A stretch of DNA of 64,000 nucleotides from an uncultured virus (IMG/VR IMGVR_UViG_3300046721_000269) (taxonomy: Duplodnaviria > Heunggongvirae > Uroviricota > Caudoviricetes): the IMG/VR virus record IMGVR_UViG_3300046721_000269; one strand, 5' to 3'. Made by a program: the position numbers and the translations under genes. The notes beneath the pieces are model-generated. The model made no database searches. It saw only the letters and a program-made list of their open reading frames with translations, and was not told the DNA's origin. This document shows, piece by piece, positions 54,901-64,000 of this stretch (position 1 is the stretch's first letter; every line of letters starts with the position of its first letter).

Positions 54901-57900
54901 GGAGAGCCCCGAATTTGCAGTAACCGAATGGAAGCCGACGATTGAGCCATGGCCGGCTGAGGCACCGAAGAAACCGCGCTCCCTGGGCACAAAAGGACCC
55001 GCTCCGGCCCCGAAACAAGCTGAGGCGGGCACAAAAGGGCAGGAAAAGACGCCAGCGGAAATCATTGCCGAGGCAGCAAAGCAGGGTGTCACTGGCATTG
55101 ATGAAGCGGTCAAAGGCCTGCACAAGCTCTTTGGCGGAGGAAAGCACACCGGGACCGGCGGTCCAGGCTTCGACGAGGAGACATATAAGGAGGCCAAGCC
55201 TCATTTCGAAGCGGCTTACGACAACTTCAAAAAAGCAGGCCGCAGCTTTGCGGACTTCCTCCGCTACATATTCAAGGAGTTCGGGGACCGGGTCCGGCCC
55301 TACATCAAGCGGTTCATCCAGGAGCTACAGGCATCCGCAAAAGCCCCGATTGACACCGGCGCGCGCGGGCCGCAACCTCCTATAGGTGCTAACGAACGAA
55401 CAGAAGGCACAGGCGGTCCTGGCGTCCCTGGAGGAGAACAGCCCCCAACTGCTGGCGCAACTGGCGGAGAAGGGGGAACTGGTGTCACGCCTGCAGGACA
55501 GGGTCAACCGGTTCAACCTGGAGTACGTCCGCCTGATGAAGGGGCAACCAGCGGATCAGGATCCCATGGTGGAGGAGCGCCTATTCCCGATGCTGACGGA
55601 GTTCCCAAAGAGCCAGAACCAAAAACCCCTGAGTCGTCAACAGCGGGAGTTGGTCCAGAAGCAACTGGACAAGTACCTAGCCAGCCTCCCGCGCCCGTTG
55701 AGCCAGCCGGCCCAATCGAGGTAGACGATCGCCGTCCTACCAACTTCTATTTCGAGAAGGAACACGCCCCGACAGGTGCTGTCTCCCGAATCGAGGCCAA
55801 CGTCAAAGCCCTGAAGCTGGTCAAAGAGCTTCAGGCTAACAACCGTTTCCCGACCGATGACGAGCGCGCCATACTTGCGGCCTGGTCCGGATGGGGCTCG
55901 TTCAAAGAGTTGTTTGCCGAGGGGCGTGCCGAGGCCCGGGAATGGGATGCCGGTTGGGTTAAGCGCTACGGCAGGTTCTACGACCAGCTAAAGAAGATCC
56001 TCAGCCCGAAGGAGTTCATTGCTGCAGCAGAGTCCAGCGCGTTCGCCCACTACACAGGCCAGGACATCATCAAGCCCATGTGGGACCTGGTTAAGCGTCT
56101 TGGCTACAAGGGCGGCCGAGCTTTGGACCCGAGCGCCGGCAAAGGCTCTTTCAGTGGCTTCATGCCGTCGGATGTTCAGGCGGCAACCAACTGGACGCAG
56201 ATCGAGCTTGAGCCAATAACCGGTGCGATCCTGGGGTATCTGTTCCCGCGGACCGACGTGAGGGTTCAGGGCTTCGAAAACGCCAAAATCCCCAACGGCT
56301 ATTACGAGCTGGCGATTACGAACGTCCCGTTCCACGAGGTCGGGCCCGGGAAAGAATATCCCGACCTCAACCTGCACAACTACTTTATCGCCCGCATGCT
56401 GGACAAGGTCCGGCCCGGTGGCTTGGTAGTGGTCATCACCAGCGCGAATACGATGGAGGCGCAGTACCAGCAAAGGAAGTTCCTCGCCGGCAAGGGTGAG
56501 CTGGTCGGCGCCATCCGGCTCCCCAACAACGCGCATAAGGAGGTCGGCGGGACCGAAGTGACAACGGACATTCTTGTATTACGGAAACCCGACGGCAAAC
56601 CGTTCGAGGCGCATCCCTGGGAGAATCAGGTCCGCGTTACGATGGGAGACGAAGAGGCACCGCTCAACCAATACTTTGCCACGCACCCCGAGATGGTCCT
56701 CGGGCGAAACGCCATGGAGGGCAAGCTCTACAGGAAGGGCGGCTACACCGTCCAGCCGACGCCAGGGGCTTTGCTCGAGAAGATAGCAGCGGCGATCCAG
56801 AAGTTCCCGCAAGACATTTTCCAGCGGGGGGAACCCGAGGCGGAGATTGAGAAGCAACAGACCGCGCTCGAGGACAACTCCCTGGTGCTGGACGATAAAG
56901 GCCGGGTGATGAAGGCCAAGGGGTATGAGCTCGCGATGCCCGATTGGGACTCGACCAGCAAGCCACTGGTGGACCGGGCAAAGGATTACATCGGGCTCCG
57001 TGACGTGCTACTCCGTCAGTATTTCATGGAGGGGGACCCGGAAGCGACGGATGAGGCTCTCGAGGCCAACCGCGCCGCACTCAAAAAGGCCTACGAGAAG
57101 TTTGTTAAGAAGCACGGCCGGTTAAACGAGATAGCGCGCAAGCTCCGCCACTTGGAGGACGAGCCCTACTATTACACGGTGATGGGGCTTGAGAACGTGC
57201 GGGAGGTTCAGGACCCCGAGGATCCGGCAAAGACAAAGACCTTGATTGAGCCGGCGGACGTGCTGACCAAGCGGGTCAAGACGCCGGACCGACCGCCGGC
57301 CCACGTCGACACGGCCACGGACGGCCTTGGTGTCTCGCTCGCCTTCAAGGGTCAGCTCGACATGGAGTTCATCAAGGCCCTCACCGGCCTGGACGAGACA
57401 GCGATCGAGGCAGACCTGATCACAAACGGCGGGTGCTTCAAGGACCCGGATACCGGCAAAGTCGTCACGGGGACCGATTACCTTTCAGGGGACGTGCGCG
57501 ACAAGCTCGCCAAGGCGATGTTCGCGGCCAAGGAGTCGGACGAGTTCAAGAGGAATGTTGAAGCCCTCCGAGCCACGATCCCCGAAACTATCCCGTTCGA
57601 GAAAATAAGCACCACGCTTAACGCCCGGTGGACGCCGCTCTCAGTGCTCAACACCTTTGCAGAGCAGGTGATAGGTCTAGCGAAAGGCTCAATCCGGTTT
57701 GTGCCGGTCATCGAGGAGTTTAGCTGTAAGCAGAACGAACGCTTCGCCCTGAGCAATCTGGCCAAAACCCAGTGGTCGACAGCGGATATGCTGGCTACTG
57801 AGCTGCTCAATCACGCGCTCAACTTCAAGCGCGCAACGATCACCAAGACGGACAGCGACGGGAAGCGCTACACGGACGAGGACGCCACGGCCCTGGCTAA

Positions 57901-60900
57901 CCAGATGATTGATAAAATGCGGGATGCTTACCTGCAATTCATCCGGGAGAGCAAGGAGGCTGTGCCGTACCGGTACTTTGACGTTGAGGCCGGCGAATAC
58001 AAAACCGAGCCGCTACAGATTTGGGACGTGCTCGAGCGCGAGTTCAACAAGAAGGTTAATTCCTTCGTGGACCCGAAGTATGACGGCTCCGTCCTTAAAC
58101 TCCCGGGCCTATCGACCTTTGTGAAGCGCAACCCCCACCTGTTAAACGGCGTCATGCGTGCCATCATGACGGGGTCGGCGGTGTTCGCCCACGGCGTAGG
58201 CTCGGGAAAGACCTTCCTGCAGATACTCATTGCCCATGAGCTGCAACGGATTGGGCTCGCCAGAAAGATGGTGCTGGTTGTCAAAAAGCCGACGGTCGGC
58301 CAGTTCCGTGTCTCCATCGAGAAGGCTTACCCAGGCTCCAAGGTGCTCATCCCAACGCAACGGGACTTCGAGGCGTCCAACCGCAAGAAGCTAATCGCCC
58401 GAATTGCCTCAACCAAATGGGACTTCATCGTCCTGAGCCATGAGCAGTTCAAGGCCATCAAGCCGGGCTCGAACCTGATCCAGAACTTCTTCGACGAACA
58501 GATCAACGCGCTCCTGCAGATCCTCCACGACCAGGGCTATAGCGAACCTGGTGAGAAGGAGAGCACGCGAGGTTTGCCGCCGGAGGTCCGCAACATCGTT
58601 CGGAAGATCCGCGGGCTCCGCAAGCGGCTGACCGCGCACCTGGACACTATTGGCAAGCGCCAGGATACCGGCCTCCCGTGGGAAGATATCGGGATTGACG
58701 GGCTATCGATCGACGAAAGCCACAACTTCAAAAAGATCCCCATCCCGACGCAGATGGACAACGAGATTAAGGGGATCCCCAATGACTTCAGCCAGCGGGC
58801 GGTCGACATGCTTGTGAAGGTCCGCAACGTCCAGCAGCGGACCAACGGGCGCAATGTGTTCTTTGCCTCGGGCACACCGGTCAGCAATACCCTGGCAGAG
58901 TTATGGGTCCAGTTCCACGCGACTAACCCCAACCTCCTGAAGGCGTTCAACGTCGAAACCTTCGATAGCTTCGCTTCCACGTTTGCCGACGTGATCGAGA
59001 ACTTCGAATACGGATGGGACCAGCAGTTTCATGATGTCACGCGCATGAGCCGGTTCAAGAACCCGGCGGGCCTGACGATGCTGACGCGCCTGGGGATGGA
59101 TGTCCGCATGGGCAACAAAGAGCTGGGGCTCGACGTGCCGGAGATGAAAACCGGGAAGCCCATCATCCACATCGTTAAGCCAACCAAGTCATACCGCCGA
59201 TGGATCGCCTTCCTCAATGACGCAGTTGCGGCATGGGAATCAGCCGAGCCAAAGGAGCGGTTCTTCAACTCCTGGGTCCCCATCACCGTAATGCGGGCGG
59301 GCGTGGCCGCGGCGCTGGACCCGCGCTGTGTGTTTTCCGATGCCGAGGACGATCCGGCCAGCAAGGTCAACCAGGCTGTGAGGGCCATCCTCGAGGCCTA
59401 CAAGCAGGGCGCGGAGCATCGCTCTACCATGATGGTGTTCGCGGACATGTACGGGACGCTCGACACGAGCAAGCTGAGGGAATTTGTCGGCGGCGAGCAT
59501 GCCCCGGTTATCGAGGTCGAATCGGTTCCCGTGCCAGGGGACAAGGAAGCGGACGAGGCGGCAGACAGCGGCGCCAAGGACTCGGCAGACTATTCGAAGC
59601 ACCTGGTAGGACCGTTCAACCTCTACGACGACATCCGCCGTAAGCTCATTGCCGGCGGGGTCCCCGAGCACGAGATAGGGATTGCCATTGAGCACGATTC
59701 CGACGCGGCTCGCGAGACGCTGTTTAACAAGGTCCGGCAGGGCATCGTCCGGATCCTGATCGGCTCGACGGAGAAGATCGGTGAAGGCGTCGACGTGCCT
59801 CAGCGCATGATGCACCAGTTCCACCTGGACCCGCCGATGCAGATGACGCCAGCCAAATACGAGCAACGGCTCGGGCGCATCATCCGCCAGGGCAATATGT
59901 TCAGCCCCAAAAACCTCAACATCCCGGTTGAGGTCCACGTGCTGGCGCAAGAGCTCTCGATGGACGCGGCGATCTGGCAAATGCTGGAAACCAAGGCCGT
60001 GATGATCCTGCAGGCGTTGCGCGGCCAGTTCCTGGGGGACACGTTCGAGGATCCGGCCAGCGATATCACCATGGCCATGGCCGAGATTAAAGCGGCCGCC
60101 ACTGGGGACCGGCGAGCCCTGCAACTGGTGCAGCTCAAGAAAGAGGTACGGGATCTGAGCGTTGAGGAGGGGGCCTACTTCCGCCGCGGGTCGGAACTCC
60201 GGCGATCGATTGACGAGCAGAGCAGGACCCACCGGGCAAAGCTCGAGTATGCGGCCAAGAATCGCGAGCTAGGGGCAGCGGCTAAAGCAGCTACGGCCAA
60301 CGACGAGACGGCCAGCCTGCTCTACATCAAAGAGCAAAAGCGGGTCACGGGCAAAGAGGCAATGACCGCGTGGCTCAAAGCTGCGAACGAGGCCATGGAG
60401 AAGGTCCTCGAGAAGGACGGCCAGCGAGCCCAAATGAGTCTCATCTTTGGGGACAACCTCCGCTGCCGGCTCGACGTTCAGCTCATCTTCCAGACGAACA
60501 TAGAACCTGGAAAGGCAGCCGAAACTATCCACACCTATCGGCGCGAGGCGCGGTTTTACCTGGGCGGACCGGAGTGGGAATGGGGCAACCCGACTTGGGA
60601 CAGCAGCCTGAAGTCGATCGAAAACACCTACGACGCGCTGAAGCGAGTACCTGAGCACGCCGAGAAGCGCGCTCAGGACGACATTGAGGACGCTGCCAAG
60701 GCCGAGGGATTGGCCCGCGCGTACACCGAGCAGCTAAACAACCTCAAGTTCGATAAGGCCGACATCCTCAAGGAAAAGAAGGAAGCCCTCTACGCCCTCG
60801 AGCGTGAGCTGATGGACCGGCGGTCCCCATGGGACAAGTTGCTCGACCAGGCGGGGATTGTCTCGCCGCCGCTCCACTACCGGATCATTTCGGAAATGCA

Positions 60901-63900
60901 GCGGTTACTGCCGCAGATGAACATTGCCGACGGGGATGCCTCGATAGCCAGACTCCGCCGCAATCAACTCAAGGCGCAGCCGAACGCCAACCCGAAAGCC
61001 GTCGACATCGCCACGAAGGCCGCTGACGAGGCCGACAAGAAAGCCTTCGACCTGCACGATCGAGTTGAGGACCTGCAACGCCGGCTGGCGATTGTTGAGA
61101 AACATCGGCTCGGCGCCGCTAAGGCCGGCTCACTGGCCAAGCTGCCCTACGGCACAACCCCGACTAAGCGCGGGACGCAGTATGCCCCATCACCTGAAGG
61201 ATGGGGGGCCATCGAAGCGCCTACCGATCAACTGGCGCGCGCCACGGGTATCGAAGAGCTGAGGCAACTGCTCAAGAGCCCACAAGCGGCGCTGTCTGAC
61301 CAGGCCCGCCGGATTGCCTTAGCGCTCCTGGACGAGCCGGTCATGCGCGATCTGGATTGGTCCAAGCTCACGGTTGCGATCCGGCAAAACCTCCGGATGG
61401 GGGCAGGGTCCGCCAACGTAGCCGACAACCTGATCCAGCTTTCGGAAACGGTTGCGCCCGACGTGTTCCCGCATGAAGTGTTTCACTTCCTATGGCACCT
61501 GTTGCCCGAGGAGGTAAAGCAGCAGATCAACGGCTTCCGCCAGGAGGCAATCAACGCAGTCCTTGCGCGGATAACCAGCCTTGAGGATATGCCGCCCGCC
61601 TTGCGGGAGCTGCTCCAAGACATGGTTACTAACCCAGGAGGCGTTAGCAGCGAGGATTACCTGACTCGGGCCTCAGACATCATCGGGGGCAACCCTGAGC
61701 TGCATCGCCTACTTCACGATTGGTACTACCTTTCCAGTCCGCAGGAATACCTGGCGGGACTCGCCGGCCGGCGGTACGCGCGGGACAAGAGCGGCACCGA
61801 GGAGCCAAAGAAGGCCGGACTCTTCGACCGGATCCTTGAGAAGCTAAAGGAATGGCTGCGCGGCCTGCTCGAAACCCTCCGCCGGTTCTTCGGTCATAAA
61901 CCCGATATCAACGGGGTTATCGACGATTTGTTATCGGGTAAATACCGGAATTCAATGGAGTCCGGAACAGCGGCAGAGCGCCAGTACAGCATGACGCCGC
62001 CGGAGACGCCAGGGGACGAAACCGGCATTAACCTCGGAGACATCGAACTCACCGAGGGGGCAGCGGCAAGAGCTGAAGGCCCGCAGACAACCCAACGCAT
62101 GGGCGTCATCGATAAGATCCTGGGGCGCGAAGCGATGGGCCCGGGGTTCACCGAGCGCGGCAAAGCCCATGCCATGGCGCAATTTACCAAGGCCGGCCTG
62201 CAAACGGCGGACGCGCCGGACGGGTATCTCCAACTTGCGGCGCCGGAGCTGGATTCTGAGATTGAAGGTCGGCGGCTGCTCAAGCTGCTCCAAGAGGACA
62301 TCGCGAAACAGCAGACCCCAGGGAGGGGCCAGGAAACCGGCGAGCTCGCCTTCCTGCTCAACTCCATCCGCCTGCACATGATTGGAGACGAGGTCGAAGC
62401 CTTTAGCCCGACCCTCAGGGCCGAGCTCTACGCGACTGCGCAGGGCGAATCATCCCACCGCGGCCTGATGCTCGGAGCCCTGGCGGCGCTGCCAAAGACG
62501 ATCCAATACCTGGCGCGCAACGTAAACACCGTGCTCAACCGGACTTACTCCGACGCCTTTGGGGGTGAGCTGGTCCGGAAGATCCTGCAGCGCGTGGCAA
62601 CCGACTTCCGTGACTACTTCACCGAGGCCGAGATTCAGGCGGCACTTGCAGGCACGCGCATGGAGGAATACCTCAACAAAGCCCTGGCCCTGAACAGGCG
62701 GGACGAAGGCGGCCGCGTTTACCGGAAGGCTCAGCAGCTCCTGAAAGCCAAGGGGCGCAAGACCCTGGCGCGGCTCGAAGGGGATGCAAGGGTAACGGAA
62801 GCGGTCAGGGAAATCCTGGCGCAAGCGGCCAAGGAAGGCTTTGAGCCGCAGCCATCGCCCAACAAGCCATTACCGCCGCTCGAATCGCTCCTCCTGATGG
62901 TGCACCCACAGACGGCGGAGAAGATTGACCGGCTGATTGCCAAGGCCATCACCGATGCCATGCATAACGCGGGCATCAAGCAGGCCCTCAACGAGGCGCC
63001 TGACGACGAGACGCGGGAAGAGCTGCAGGCGAACTTTGACGCCGGCGAGGAGCCGACCGACGAACAGATGGAAAAGGGGCTCGACCTTCCCGAGTTCCAG
63101 CATTGGAAGGCCATCCGTGACAATCTCACGGACTACAACCCGGTAACCGTCAAGCTGGCCCAGGACCTTATCCGGGGTGACTTCAGGGGCACCAGGTTCC
63201 GACAGCCCATCGCCCGACCGGCGGATAGCCGCATAGACCTTGAGAAGCTGGCCCAGTCGCCTAAGGACGAGGTCCGCCGGGTGATGGACGGCTACCTGAT
63301 GAACCTCGAGGCCAACATGGACCTTACCCACGCCACGGACGAGACAAAGCAAAGGGTAGTGTCCATTATCGAGACAGAACTTCTTAAACAGCTCGAGAGC
63401 GCACGGGAGCGCGTTCGTGGCCCTTTGTTCCAACCACCGCCCAATCGCGCCACAGCGCTTACGCCAGAGCAGCGGCTAGGCCTTAAAATCAACGCGGGCC
63501 TCTTTGGTGATCCGCGATTGGACCTCCCGGAGATGATCCAGCGCGTAGCCTCAAAGGGGGTTATCCAGAAGATCATGCCAAAGGCTGGCGAGCTGGTCCG
63601 CCAATCGATGGACGTCCCCTTCTATCGCCAGCAGGAGCTTGCCCAACGCTTTGCCCAACAGCTCATACAGCGGTTCAGTATCCCCGTAGACGTGGCCGAC
63701 CGCGCCGCAGCCCTATTCGAGCAGGCCTTCACCGATCGGTTTGAAAAGGCCCGAGCCCAGGCTATCAAGCAGACCTTGGAAGGCCTTACGCCGCAGGAAC
63801 GACGGCAGATGAAGCCCGGTAAACCCCTATGGCAGAAGGTTGTTGCCGCAGTCAATGCCGGCAATTTCGACTCGGCCGACGCGCTCAGGGCGATAGCTCA

Positions 63901-64000
63901 GGCCCACGGATGGAGCCCACCGTCCGCTGCAGACGTTGCGAGGCTGAAGGCAATCGCGGAGCAGCTCCAAAAGCTCAGGGAGCTTACACCCCAGGAACTT
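51947..64000 (+). CDS. giant DarB-like polyvalent virion protein (PPase-like, N6-MTase, SNF2 helicase, HExxH), partial
   Basis: ATG 51947, at least 4018 codons to window end (frame spot-checked; absent from ORF track, consistent with no stop); EAGNY..HVDV..DE.KV (~53950-54240), DPSAGKG + NVPF (56321), HGVGSGKT (58190), DESH (58712), QRLGRIIRQGN, HEVFH (61472). Confidence 0.85.
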   Translation, partial: MALSFDEIDQIEIPQAQNSRSLAGKLLSPDEIDSLPAGGRPQLSPQEIDSIQNPIRFRSVDTTVPGMRTTRGGPPLQLPEEAASPFDELEGPVSTTAVGAARTAGSTLGAAGKGVAAIGEDVLEAPTQIAGYQQGFRNIRSLGRVKSVGNLLGGIEQEQPTPFEEETQQTTGIPRFARTATTSLLEMEPRLAAGFALGAAGVPASLAAAAPMVATDKGELDPIGAAIAAGLPGVSSLGEDVVAKLLSKVPVSKVAIDVLSNDPMKLKGKITQELGGIQISSDQFRHFLESGGGFLAANAYLAAAEVARNPERIGKMTAAEAKQYALDFVAQNLAPALLGFIRSGESRTIGELRPGLQKEMRPPIEEAAQFIQQANERIQANGDLDTQLKTHLTQRQAAGAGQHEIDAIQAAIDNNEKATRDLRTRARYANDQYTQDEWDAWKGQQPGTAQPAQQPPAGGAPTGQQLTPGDIDAINPSGNVEGVPGQQTGVAPVGQTGTPTGGGDSVPSDEGQRGTSAPAVPAQQTGAPAPSAPPVQPGGAGPSGERVPPVVPTGAPAQPQTRKPEVANLGTGTQLNNLGDPLGTAYYATPEDYAKWTDLQKKLKASVDRMLELYKSNERGEQWDKVQEQYRALQQENEDLKNKYGGMPPAAPKVEVKSQGATNPNPTPAQTEAGNYQKRELKIEGLPAISIENEAGGIRKSKPGAPPWQVQMPVAYGYFKGTKDNTKEHVDVYVGPNLQSDKIFVVDQLDPDTHLYDEPKVLLGFNAPGEARMAYAASFSDGKGNARWGTVTQMTREALAQWLKKPTRIAEEGGQGSEEWLASQKKTAARVGVPLSQWLAMSKQTNLEQLGQWGVTQAQLLERAATKPAESGTKGPESGTKVPETKPERKTGDLEGLTEEELDSMLDTASTEAKKPEKPKAPKAPKAPVPVKQREWREIGKNAAGDKVYEDRNGVRSIVRAGVRVSEAVELIPTREGIKFARPTEESPEFAVTEWKPTIEPWPAEAPKKPRSLGTKGPAPAPKQAEAGTKGQEKTPAEIIAEAAKQGVTGIDEAVKGLHKLFGGGKHTGTGGPGFDEETYKEAKPHFEAAYDNFKKAGRSFADFLRYIFKEFGDRVRPYIKRFIQELQASAKAPIDTGARGPQPPIGANERTEGTGGPGVPGGEQPPTAGATGGEGGTGVTPAGQGQPVQPGVRPPDEGATSGSGSHGGGAPIPDADGVPKEPEPKTPESSTAGVGPEATGQVPSQPPAPVEPAGPIEVDDRRPTNFYFEKEHAPTGAVSRIEANVKALKLVKELQANNRFPTDDERAILAAWSGWGSFKELFAEGRAEAREWDAGWVKRYGRFYDQLKKILSPKEFIAAAESSAFAHYTGQDIIKPMWDLVKRLGYKGGRALDPSAGKGSFSGFMPSDVQAATNWTQIELEPITGAILGYLFPRTDVRVQGFENAKIPNGYYELAITNVPFHEVGPGKEYPDLNLHNYFIARMLDKVRPGGLVVVITSANTMEAQYQQRKFLAGKGELVGAIRLPNNAHKEVGGTEVTTDILVLRKPDGKPFEAHPWENQVRVTMGDEEAPLNQYFATHPEMVLGRNAMEGKLYRKGGYTVQPTPGALLEKIAAAIQKFPQDIFQRGEPEAEIEKQQTALEDNSLVLDDKGRVMKAKGYELAMPDWDSTSKPLVDRAKDYIGLRDVLLRQYFMEGDPEATDEALEANRAALKKAYEKFVKKHGRLNEIARKLRHLEDEPYYYTVMGLENVREVQDPEDPAKTKTLIEPADVLTKRVKTPDRPPAHVDTATDGLGVSLAFKGQLDMEFIKALTGLDETAIEADLITNGGCFKDPDTGKVVTGTDYLSGDVRDKLAKAMFAAKESDEFKRNVEALRATIPETIPFEKISTTLNARWTPLSVLNTFAEQVIGLAKGSIRFVPVIEEFSCKQNERFALSNLAKTQWSTADMLATELLNHALNFKRATITKTDSDGKRYTDEDATALANQMIDKMRDAYLQFIRESKEAVPYRYFDVEAGEYKTEPLQIWDVLEREFNKKVNSFVDPKYDGSVLKLPGLSTFVKRNPHLLNGVMRAIMTGSAVFAHGVGSGKTFLQILIAHELQRIGLARKMVLVVKKPTVGQFRVSIEKAYPGSKVLIPTQRDFEASNRKKLIARIASTKWDFIVLSHEQFKAIKPGSNLIQNFFDEQINALLQILHDQGYSEPGEKESTRGLPPEVRNIVRKIRGLRKRLTAHLDTIGKRQDTGLPWEDIGIDGLSIDESHNFKKIPIPTQMDNEIKGIPNDFSQRAVDMLVKVRNVQQRTNGRNVFFASGTPVSNTLAELWVQFHATNPNLLKAFNVETFDSFASTFADVIENFEYGWDQQFHDVTRMSRFKNPAGLTMLTRLGMDVRMGNKELGLDVPEMKTGKPIIHIVKPTKSYRRWIAFLNDAVAAWESAEPKERFFNSWVPITVMRAGVAAALDPRCVFSDAEDDPASKVNQAVRAILEAYKQGAEHRSTMMVFADMYGTLDTSKLREFVGGEHAPVIEVESVPVPGDKEADEAADSGAKDSADYSKHLVGPFNLYDDIRRKLIAGGVPEHEIGIAIEHDSDAARETLFNKVRQGIVRILIGSTEKIGEGVDVPQRMMHQFHLDPPMQMTPAKYEQRLGRIIRQGNMFSPKNLNIPVEVHVLAQELSMDAAIWQMLETKAVMILQALRGQFLGDTFEDPASDITMAMAEIKAAATGDRRALQLVQLKKEVRDLSVEEGAYFRRGSELRRSIDEQSRTHRAKLEYAAKNRELGAAAKAATANDETASLLYIKEQKRVTGKEAMTAWLKAANEAMEKVLEKDGQRAQMSLIFGDNLRCRLDVQLIFQTNIEPGKAAETIHTYRREARFYLGGPEWEWGNPTWDSSLKSIENTYDALKRVPEHAEKRAQDDIEDAAKAEGLARAYTEQLNNLKFDKADILKEKKEALYALERELMDRRSPWDKLLDQAGIVSPPLHYRIISEMQRLLPQMNIADGDASIARLRRNQLKAQPNANPKAVDIATKAADEADKKAFDLHDRVEDLQRRLAIVEKHRLGAAKAGSLAKLPYGTTPTKRGTQYAPSPEGWGAIEAPTDQLARATGIEELRQLLKSPQAALSDQARRIALALLDEPVMRDLDWSKLTVAIRQNLRMGAGSANVADNLIQLSETVAPDVFPHEVFHFLWHLLPEEVKQQINGFRQEAINAVLARITSLEDMPPALRELLQDMVTNPGGVSSEDYLTRASDIIGGNPELHRLLHDWYYLSSPQEYLAGLAGRRYARDKSGTEEPKKAGLFDRILEKLKEWLRGLLETLRRFFGHKPDINGVIDDLLSGKYRNSMESGTAAERQYSMTPPETPGDETGINLGDIELTEGAAARAEGPQTTQRMGVIDKILGREAMGPGFTERGKAHAMAQFTKAGLQTADAPDGYLQLAAPELDSEIEGRRLLKLLQEDIAKQQTPGRGQETGELAFLLNSIRLHMIGDEVEAFSPTLRAELYATAQGESSHRGLMLGALAALPKTIQYLARNVNTVLNRTYSDAFGGELVRKILQRVATDFRDYFTEAEIQAALAGTRMEEYLNKALALNRRDEGGRVYRKAQQLLKAKGRKTLARLEGDARVTEAVREILAQAAKEGFEPQPSPNKPLPPLESLLLMVHPQTAEKIDRLIAKAITDAMHNAGIKQALNEAPDDETREELQANFDAGEEPTDEQMEKGLDLPEFQHWKAIRDNLTDYNPVTVKLAQDLIRGDFRGTRFRQPIARPADSRIDLEKLAQSPKDEVRRVMDGYLMNLEANMDLTHATDETKQRVVSIIETELLKQLESARERVRGPLFQPPPNRATALTPEQRLGLKINAGLFGDPRLDLPEMIQRVASKGVIQKIMPKAGELVRQSMDVPFYRQQELAQRFAQQLIQRFSIPVDVADRAAALFEQAFTDRFEKARAQAIKQTLEGLTPQERRQMKPGKPLWQKVVAAVNAGNFDSADALRAIAQAHGWSPPSAADVARLKAIAEQLQKLRELTPQEL
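53361..53645 (+). CDS. nested +1-frame small basic protein (MPL...N..EL..G...QA.AIA family)
   Basis: CAGGAG RBS; MPLTQAG...NKRELLRSGKRGPQQAEAIAF; host frame is a low-complexity linker here. Confidence 0.6.
   Translation: MPLTQAGTWRAFQDNKRELLRSGKRGPQQAEAIAFRVMKANGGHPPPPSPHSKLGRQLRARRRFSQGGLARAVNGFRQSFLRVRPRSLRRESQR
55386..55724 (+). CDS. nested +1-frame helical protein, TnpV-like
   Basis: LEENSPQLLAQLAEKGELVSRLQ...VEERLFP; TTGACA-17-CAACCT 7 nt before GTG. Confidence 0.55.
   Translation: MLTNEQKAQAVLASLEENSPQLLAQLAEKGELVSRLQDRVNRFNLEYVRLMKGQPADQDPMVEERLFPMLTEFPKSQNQKPLSRQQRELVQKQLDKYLASLPRPLSQPAQSR

Noticed and set aside
53796..55385. Other alternative-frame ORFs in the giant gene (53796, 53994, 54307, 54942 and later)
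   Set aside because: Arg/Ser-rich off-frame translations over ordered regions, lacking RBS or promoter
8300..64000. Frequent CTCGAG sites suggesting a methylation target
   Set aside because: Mostly Leu-Glu coded CTC GAG; cannot be separated from codon preference without a Markov-model count
1..64000. tRNA/rRNA genes, integrase, alternative genetic code
   Set aside because: None recognised; long genes read through normally in code 11 using all three stops

Overview
The whole 64 kb window is part of a GC-rich tailed dsDNA phage or prophage genome; no host housekeeping genes, rRNA, tRNA, CRISPR array or integrase were seen. Layout: (1) leftward small early genes (1-5162); (2) a ~1.2 kb non-coding region with a candidate sRNA, repeats and a strand-skew switch (5170-6370); (3) a leftward C-rich gene block (6375-8719); (4) a rightward recombination/replication/modification module (Sak4-like ATPase, SMC-like ATPase, RecE-like nuclease, HTH initiator, DnaC-like loader, C5 MTase, DnaB, KH protein, J-domain, RusA-like, amino-MTase, GroES, DUF5131-like; 8785-26118); (5) a block of exported LamG/Ig/FN3 proteins, a membrane REC protein, a LuxR HTH and holin/lipoprotein genes (26230-34115); (6) an inverted terminase large subunit; (7) a podovirus-like virion module (portal, scaffold, capsid, adaptor, tail, GNAT, ejected proteins) ending in a DarB-like polyprotein of at least 4018 codons that runs off the window. 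The most unusual signals are: systematic dual-frame coding (C5 MTase and RusA-like resolvase each split across two overlapping frames, plus two plausible genes nested inside the giant ORF); about a dozen TTGnnn-N16/18-YAnnnn promoters sitting 6-9 nt before start codons (leaderless mRNAs); a shared [MFH]xxGG[LVM] peptide tag on scattered late proteins; and a capsid candidate with an N-terminal hydrophobic leader. The FN3/Ig proteins resemble those of Pedosphaera-like Verrucomicrobia (inference about host). All family assignments come from motif recognition by eye, not database searches.
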